From a virus, in IMG/VR virus record IMGVR_UViG_3300017728_002360: a DNA stretch of 64,000 bases; one strand, 5' to 3'. Under the pieces are notes generated by a model that did no database searches, was not told the origin of the DNA, and saw only the letters and a list, made by a program, of their open reading frames with translations. The position numbers were made by a program, and so were the translations under genes. Of the stretch, positions 58,437-64,000 are shown in pieces. The stretch's first letter is position 1; every line of letters starts with the position of its first letter.

Positions 58437-59793
58437 TATAGAACCCTTTTAATTCAGGAAACGTTTCAGTTAAGTTACAGTCTCTACGTTTATCGAACTC
58501 TGTAAACCAACGATAAAAATCTCTACGTCCTTGATCTAATTTAGCAGGTTCAATGTTTGTTGTACGCATATAGTCAACCACACGTCTAAATTTTTCTACT
58601 TCTAATGAACTAAACTTTGTTCTGTCTTGATCATCTTGATAGTCGTGCATATATTTTAAGTGACTTTCCATATACGGCATAAATTCTTCCTTGGGTAATA
58701 TGTTCATGTCATATATGATTGGCTCTTTCAAATGCGGAGTATCAAATCTAACACGTTGCCATTGTGTGGCATTGTCATCACTATTATATTTGTGTCGCCA
58801 TTCTAGTATTTTTTCTAATAATAAATTAAAACTAGTTACACCAAATATATTAAATGTAATCATAAACGTTACAGGCCATCCTGTGTTACTTAGATAGTGA
58901 TCTAAGTTCTGTTCCCATAACTTTATATCTAGTCCTGTACGAGCATATTCGGCCCTAGGTCCCCAAGTGTCAATGCTTGTATACAGTTTAAAACTTTTAA
59001 TACAATTCTTTTCTTTTAATCTTTTAACAGTAGAAGTTAACTTTTCTACTAGCTTGGGCTTAACACCCATGTTACTGTTGACTTCTATTTGTATGTGTGG
59101 TTTTGGATCTGCTTCTAGCTTATCAAACAATTCCCATAAGCTCTTGTGCATTAGAGGTTCGCCACCTGTTATACGCAATATGTTTAGTGTCTTACTTACT
59201 TCAGGCCACCATCTCCACCATGCGTCTACGTATGGATTCTCTTCTTCCTTCTTGTAAATCTTAAACCAATCAATATCTTGTCTATGTGAAGTAGACATAC
59301 TGTATGGTCCGTGTTGTTTTATTTCATTATAGTATCTGCTAGATGCTTTAGGGTGACAATATCCGCATTTAAAATTACATTCATTACTAAAACTTATTTC
59401 AATGTATTCCGGATTTACATTAAAATCCGCCCCTTTTTGTTTTATTTCCGCTAATCTTTCTTCATTATAAATGCTTGTTGTTTTAATATGTCTATCACTT
59501 ACATAGTCTTTACCCATAGCTTCAATCTTCCAACAGTAATTACAACCGTCTGGCTTTTCGCCACATAACATTTTCTTACGTTGGTCTTTCTTTTCTATGG
59601 TGTTATGTAATGCACTTGGATTATCTTTTAGTTCTTCTAATGGTATAGGGTGCGGAGCAGGGTGATAACAACTATGCGTTTCACCTGTTGCTAGATATAT
59701 TGTGGTGTGATGCCATTTGGCCAAGCAGAATGTAGGAGATGTTTGCTCCTCAATCACAGGCATTAATTTTTTAATTTTTTCTAGTTCGCTCAT
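58417..59793 (-). CDS. Radical SAM protein with N-terminal Cys/His cluster
   Basis: FCLAKW, HSCYHP, C.YCW; core CNFKCGYC, TGGEP, D.RR...FPEL. Confidence 0.9.
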   Translation of the reverse strand: MSELEKIKKLMPVIEEQTSPTFCLAKWHHTTIYLATGETHSCYHPAPHPIPLEELKDNPSALHNTIEKKDQRKKMLCGEKPDGCNYCWKIEAMGKDYVSDRHIKTTSIYNEERLAEIKQKGADFNVNPEYIEISFSNECNFKCGYCHPKASSRYYNEIKQHGPYSMSTSHRQDIDWFKIYKKEEENPYVDAWWRWWPEVSKTLNILRITGGEPLMHKSLWELFDKLEADPKPHIQIEVNSNMGVKPKLVEKLTSTVKRLKEKNCIKSFKLYTSIDTWGPRAEYARTGLDIKLWEQNLDHYLSNTGWPVTFMITFNIFGVTSFNLLLEKILEWRHKYNSDDNATQWQRVRFDTPHLKEPIIYDMNILPKEEFMPYMESHLKYMHDYQDDQDRTKFSSLEVEKFRRVVDYMRTTNIEPAKLDQGRRDFYRWFTEFDKRRDCNLTETFPELKGFYNECSKT

Positions 59794-60674
59794 TACCTAC
59801 CTAGTACTCTATCACTGTTTACATAAACAGTTTTAAAGAATTTACTTTGCTCCTCATCTAGTGCAACTTTACTTATAGGTAATCCTTGCTCTTGTAATAC
59901 TTCGCCATACTCGGCAATCATTTGTTCTACAGGATAGTCTTTAATCTCGTTCCAATATTCATTAAGCCATTTAAAATCTCTTGTTACAGAATGATCCCAA
60001 TCGGTTGCTAATATCTTTTGACAACCATCTCTAGCACCCATGATAGCATATAGTCCGTTGTCAACATCTGCACCAACATTTAACCAAACAAGTAATCTAT
60101 GATAATTTTGCCACCAAGTATTGTTTGCAAGATCCTGTACCTTTGCACCTCTGTTTAGTGACATCTTAACACCTTCTCTGAAACCTGCTCTCCAAGCCTG
60201 ATGTGGTGTTGAACTAATAATGCTTGTTGAATAGTTTTGATTAAGCTGATAGTAGTTGTCAAAGTAACAAAACTCTATCTGTGTATCGTCTGACCCGTCT
60301 GTGTTTTCGTGTGTTTTCATATTTCTAACAAAGTCTTTAGTCCACATCTTTAGACTTCCGTTGCCGTATTTTAATCCGTTGATGTCAATGTTACCACACC
60401 AACTAAACTGATAGTCATCATCTACACCTAGTTCGTCTAGATCAAGTACTACGTCTAAAAACTTTTGATCAATTATTGTGTCGCCGTCTACAGTAACAAA
60501 GTGTTTAGTTTCTGATTGCTCTGCACAGACTTTGTGTGCCGCATCTGAACCGTCTACACCGTGTACACGTTTTGCCCAGGGCACCTTCTTACACAGATCA
60601 ACATAATTTTTTTCTGCATTAGGTTCATCATAACTTAAGAATATGATATCTTGTTCAGCAATATTAATTTTCAT
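59793..60674 (-). CDS. Glycosyltransferase-like protein (paralogue of 51434)
   Basis: FLSYDEP, KRVHGV.G, TVDGD, YGNG.LK.W, AWRAGFREGVKM. Confidence 0.6.
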   Translation of the reverse strand: MKINIAEQDIIFLSYDEPNAEKNYVDLCKKVPWAKRVHGVDGSDAAHKVCAEQSETKHFVTVDGDTIIDQKFLDVVLDLDELGVDDDYQFSWCGNIDINGLKYGNGSLKMWTKDFVRNMKTHENTDGSDDTQIEFCYFDNYYQLNQNYSTSIISSTPHQAWRAGFREGVKMSLNRGAKVQDLANNTWWQNYHRLLVWLNVGADVDNGLYAIMGARDGCQKILATDWDHSVTRDFKWLNEYWNEIKDYPVEQMIAEYGEVLQEQGLPISKVALDEEQSKFFKTVYVNSDRVLGR

Positions 60675-61305
60675 TCTTTATCCTTAGTTCAACCCTACGC
60701 AAATCACTCACTGGATTACAAGCAGGAATACGACCATAGTATCTATAATAGTTAATTAGCATCTGCATTTCAGCTTCTTTTACAAGACTGTTGTGCATTG
60801 GCAAGTATGCTTGATATACGTTATCAATGTATTCCTTACCTATCTTTTCCTTAAATGCAGTACCACAACCATATGGTGATAACCTATCGTTACGTACTGT
60901 ACCTTTAAAATCTGTGCGTCTACCTAGCATACAGTTTCTAGTTGTTGCTCTGCTTTCGCCAATGTATATTACACCTGGTTGTAAAATGTCTGCTACTTCG
61001 GGAGCTGAATCCTTAAACATTCCATACATATAACAGCCGGCATCTTTTTTATCAAACCCCCAACTAGCGTCATACTTCTCATCAATATGATGCCATGTTG
61101 TAAACTTGTCAAACTTTGGCATACCTAGTTTGTAAGATTGTGTTGTAAGATATTCTTTTCCACCATGCTCTAACACCTTTTTCATAGTGTATGCAAAGTC
61201 TTCCAAGTTATCTATTTTATCAAATATCTTTACAAGCTGATCCTGTTTAAGACCATGCCCACCAGAACCTTTTACAATGTTTTCTGCTAATATTTTTGAC
61301 TTCAT
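60664..61305 (-). CDS. GIY-YIG-like nuclease domain protein
   Basis: GCYMYG...IYIGES, R, E..L..Y, P..N. Confidence 0.5.
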   Translation of the reverse strand: MKSKILAENIVKGSGGHGLKQDQLVKIFDKIDNLEDFAYTMKKVLEHGGKEYLTTQSYKLGMPKFDKFTTWHHIDEKYDASWGFDKKDAGCYMYGMFKDSAPEVADILQPGVIYIGESRATTRNCMLGRRTDFKGTVRNDRLSPYGCGTAFKEKIGKEYIDNVYQAYLPMHNSLVKEAEMQMLINYYRYYGRIPACNPVSDLRRVELRIKNEN

Positions 61306-61889
61306 TCTATAACCTCATATTTGTAACTGTCGAACTTCTTTATAGTATACACTGAAATCGGCTTGTTGTCAAACTCAAATTGTTCGCTAAATGGTAAAAC
61401 AATGTATTTTCCACCTATAAGTTTGTCAAACGTAAATTGTAGTGTTTTATAAAGAATGTTTGGATCGTCTTTCTTGGTTATACTAAATGATAAATGTCCA
61501 TTTGTCAAGCTAATTTTTTGTGCTAAAATGTTCATTTCTAAATCGCCACCTATTGTTATCTTCCAGCAGGTATCTTTTACATTTTTAGTAACTGTTATAT
61601 CCGCATTGTTTCCTGTTGTTGGTAGCTCGTATATTAAGTCGTCAACAAAGTAACTGTCTATGTCATGATTGCTACGTTGCCTTAGTTCGTATGTATTAGC
61701 TCTTTTAATATAGTGTACATAATAGAAGTGCATACTTTCTCTGCCTTCGATTATACCCTTTACTTCCTCGTCTGCTACAGGAATAAAACTTCCTTCAGTG
61801 GGTTTGATGTTTGGCAATGACAGTAGTTCTCCTGTTGTAGGATCAAATACTGCATAACGTTCATTGACTACTGTAATACCTAGTTGCAT
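61302..61889 (-). CDS. Hypothetical protein
   Basis: 195 aa; FSITKKDDPNIL, SVYT.K.F..Y. Confidence 0.6.
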   Translation of the reverse strand: MQLGITVVNERYAVFDPTTGELLSLPNIKPTEGSFIPVADEEVKGIIEGRESMHFYYVHYIKRANTYELRQRSNHDIDSYFVDDLIYELPTTGNNADITVTKNVKDTCWKITIGGDLEMNILAQKISLTNGHLSFSITKKDDPNILYKTLQFTFDKLIGGKYIVLPFSEQFEFDNKPISVYTIKKFDSYKYEVIE

Positions 61890-62821
61890 CTAAAGTCCTT
61901 TACAGTTTGTACAAAGTTTCTAACATTTTCTACAGGAGTTTCTTTGTTAACTCCGTGTGCTAGATTAACTATGTAAGGTTTGTCTTTCATTTTTTCTAAC
62001 ATTGATGTAGGATTAGCATCAGCAAGTAATTCACTAATGGGTATGCCTCCTTGTAAAACAACGTTAGTAGATACTTCTTCTACAGGTATGTCATCACTTA
62101 AATTGATGCAGTCAGGATTTACTATTTTTGCAAAGTCATTTATATTTTTACCTATCAGCCTTGGAAAAGCAATTATGCTAACTTCAGGGTATATCTTTCT
62201 TATAGCTTCTACTATTTTTGCTGTTGGAGAATAACATAGTTTATCTAGTTCTTGTTCTGTTAGATCTCCTGCCCAACTATCAAATATCTGTACTGTGTCG
62301 CACCCTGCTTCTATTTGGTGTACTAGGTGTTCAATTATGTAAGGAACTAATCCTTCTATAACTTTTTGATCTTTGTTACCACACATATACTTACAAAGTG
62401 TATAAGGTGCTCCAACAAATCCTATCAAGCTCTTGTTACTATCTAGTTCTTGCCTAGTTTGTTTGATTGCATCATACACAGGTTGACATCTTTCTATAAA
62501 AAGAAACCTATCCGTGTTTAGCATATCTTCATTATAAGGTCCTAGCTTTGGTGCAGGATTATAATCTAGTTCTTGTCCGAGTGCATAAGGAATAACAAGT
62601 ATGTCAGAAAAAATTATTGCCGCATCCATATCAAATGCTTTGATGGGTTGCATTGTTATCTCTGTTGCCTTGCTTGGTGTAAGTGCCATATCCAAGAATC
62701 CGTTACTAGCTTCTTTGATTGCCATGTACTCAGGCATATATCTTCCAGCCTGACGCATTAACCACACAGGGTATAAGTTTGTTTCCTTATCTTTAATAGT
62801 TCTTTGTAATATAGTTTTCAT
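61880..62821 (-). CDS. hemE: Uroporphyrinogen decarboxylase
   Basis: PVWLMRQAGRYMPEY, DAAIIFSDIL, GFVGAPYTL, QIFDSW, LQG, NLAHGV...TP. Confidence 0.95.
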   Translation of the reverse strand: MKTILQRTIKDKETNLYPVWLMRQAGRYMPEYMAIKEASNGFLDMALTPSKATEITMQPIKAFDMDAAIIFSDILVIPYALGQELDYNPAPKLGPYNEDMLNTDRFLFIERCQPVYDAIKQTRQELDSNKSLIGFVGAPYTLCKYMCGNKDQKVIEGLVPYIIEHLVHQIEAGCDTVQIFDSWAGDLTEQELDKLCYSPTAKIVEAIRKIYPEVSIIAFPRLIGKNINDFAKIVNPDCINLSDDIPVEEVSTNVVLQGGIPISELLADANPTSMLEKMKDKPYIVNLAHGVNKETPVENVRNFVQTVKDFRCN

Positions 62822-63635
62822 ATTTTTTAATTTTCTCTTCGGTTAAGAACTCTTTTTCTGTGTAATGAAAGATTCCTGATTGTAAATGATTACCTATCTT
62901 TAGTGTTAGGTCATCTGTAAGATATGATCCTACTCTGCTACGCCAAGTAGCACTACCGTTTCTCCAACCTTGTATGTGTGGCTTCATGTGTGTAAACGTA
63001 GGAAACTTAACACGTTTATTTGTAATCTTATCTTCACAGTCTAGTATCTTTGTTACTATAGCTGTGCTTGTATCCACACTTAAAAACTTTTGATATTGTT
63101 CCTTTGCATACTTTCCGTAAAACATCTGCCAGTTATTCATTACAATTTCTAGCAACGTATAAAATTCTTTTGCAAAATTACATTTTTTAAAGTAATGGAA
63201 TCCTGCATATACATTAGGAAGGTTATTTGCTTTGTATGTTTTTCTATAATGGTTGTCTATTACCTTTTCACCTCTATATGTATAAACATTTGAGGTATAG
63301 AACACTTCATAGTTTTCTAAAAACTTCCACCATGTGTCTATGTTCTGCAATACTAACATATCGGTATCCAACACAATAGTTCTATCATAAGGACTTGCAT
63401 GGTATAACTTCCAACGGTTGTCTACCTTCCAATCATTGTCCTTTGCATCATCTAACCAAGGTATGGGTTTGATAACATCAAACAATTTTTCATACCTAGA
63501 TGGCACTTTATCGTTGGTTATTAAACAAATGTTGGCGTCATTAGTAGCTTTAATACTCATAGCTAACACACACGCCTGCTGTACGTAATCGTATTCGCTG
63601 TTTTGTGCTATTAATACGAATCCTTTACTAGGCAC
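62793..63635 (-). CDS. GT8-like glycosyltransferase
   Basis: A..LA.SI, SPYD.TIVLDTDML (DxD), HMK, HY. Confidence 0.7.
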   Translation of the reverse strand: MPSKGFVLIAQNSEYDYVQQACVLAMSIKATNDANICLITNDKVPSRYEKLFDVIKPIPWLDDAKDNDWKVDNRWKLYHASPYDRTIVLDTDMLVLQNIDTWWKFLENYEVFYTSNVYTYRGEKVIDNHYRKTYKANNLPNVYAGFHYFKKCNFAKEFYTLLEIVMNNWQMFYGKYAKEQYQKFLSVDTSTAIVTKILDCEDKITNKRVKFPTFTHMKPHIQGWRNGSATWRSRVGSYLTDDLTLKIGNHLQSGIFHYTEKEFLTEEKIKKYENYITKNY

Positions 63636-63816
63636 TTTTGCTCCCTACTGGTTTACACACATATTCTACTGTGTCCCATTCACCATCTTGTGGTATTTCT
63701 TTGTATAATATAAGCATTGTATTACATTCTTTTTCATCTTTGAACCACTGTACGTCTTGTGTTTTGCAATCACTACCTAAACATACAGTAAGTAGTATAT
63801 GCCAAATGAATTCCAT
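63628..63816 (-). CDS. Small hypothetical protein
   Basis: 62 aa; LLTVC...C..Q..QWF....C...C.P; translationally coupled. Confidence 0.55.
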   Translation of the reverse strand: MEFIWHILLTVCLGSDCKTQDVQWFKDEKECNTMLILYKEIPQDGEWDTVEYVCKPVGSKSA

Positions 63817-64000
63817 TACAGTACTCCTCTTATTTTTACAATGTCGCCTATAATTTTTTCAAAGTCTTCAATCCTAACCATGTTAGGTCCGTCACTAGGT
63901 GCATTGTCTGGATCATTATGAACCTCCATAAAGAAACTATCTATTCCTAATGCCGCTCCGGCTCTTGATAAACCTGGAACGTATGCTCTGTTACCCCCAC
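63816..64000 (-). CDS. kdsA: KDO8P synthase, C-terminal part (gene begins beyond the window)
   Basis: Not in the ORF track. Manual translation: GGNRAYVPGLSRAGAALGIDSFFMEVHNDPDNAPSDGPNMVRIEDF...GVL*. Confidence 0.88.
   Translation of the reverse strand, partial: GGNRAYVPGLSRAGAALGIDSFFMEVHNDPDNAPSDGPNMVRIEDFEKIIGDIVKIRGVL

Noticed and set aside
38321-59793. RiPP cluster interpretation of the radical SAM array
   Set aside because: No short precursor peptide, PqqD/RRE, peptidase or transporter was seen in the island, and sugar enzymes dominate. A protein substrate encoded elsewhere is not excluded.
1-64000. Numerous short antisense or out-of-frame ORFs in the track (e.g. 14-400, 5833-6180, 30985-31515, 30073-30438)
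   Set aside because: They lie wholly within well-supported genes, lack RBS and motifs, and are typical shadow ORFs
1-64000. tRNA, rRNA, CRISPR array, integrase/transposase
   Set aside because: Intergenic gaps are mostly under 130 nt and show no cloverleaf or repeat-spacer pattern, and no such ORFs were seen. Not confirmed with tRNAscan or CRISPR tools.
32177-64000. Island as a bacterial contaminant or chimeric join
   Set aside because: Similar AT-rich composition, tight gene overlaps with the phage tail-fibre gene, and phage late-promoter motifs inside the island

Overview
This is a 64-kb, AT-rich, very densely coded segment of a large T4-like (jumbo-type) dsDNA bacteriophage genome. The host is possibly a marine alphaproteobacterium (inference). 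Layout: (1) 1-4.5 kb, late-promoter-driven modular proteins that are probably head-associated; (2) 4.5-10.7 kb, replication genes (DsbA-like protein, family B DNA polymerase, 3'-5' exonuclease, sliding clamp); (3) 10.7-23.1 kb, a 7-deazaguanine DNA-modification region with a TGT/DpdA-like transglycosylase, a QueD-paralogue carrying LxxxHRHxF (DpdL-like), a GT-B glycosyltransferase, FolE and QueE, plus a PRTase, HIT protein, MBD4-like glycosylase and 2OG oxygenases, with no QueC or canonical QueD in the window; (4) 23.9-32.2 kb, RNase H, a MoxR AAA/vWA-peptidase pair, conserved hypotheticals and a tail-fibre-like protein; (5) 32.2-64 kb, a ~32-kb biosynthetic island with nine radical SAM enzymes, 2OG/AspH/TauD oxygenases, two UDP-sugar dehydrogenases, glycosyltransferases, SGNH-like proteins, an aminotransferase, kinase, methyltransferase, SDRs, HemC, HemE and a partial KdsA. 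The most notable sequence-level signals are: a shared C-terminal FNxLF putative clamp-binding peptide in the polymerase and the DpdA-like enzyme; TAAATA-N5-ATG (predicted leaderless) late starts heading two operons of the island; twin 8-nt-loop hairpins before the polymerase RBS; a possible SD-sequestering pseudoknot before folE; and an in-frame amber codon splitting a cupin gene. I saw no tRNA, rRNA or CRISPR array. All calls come from motif recognition by eye; no database search was run.
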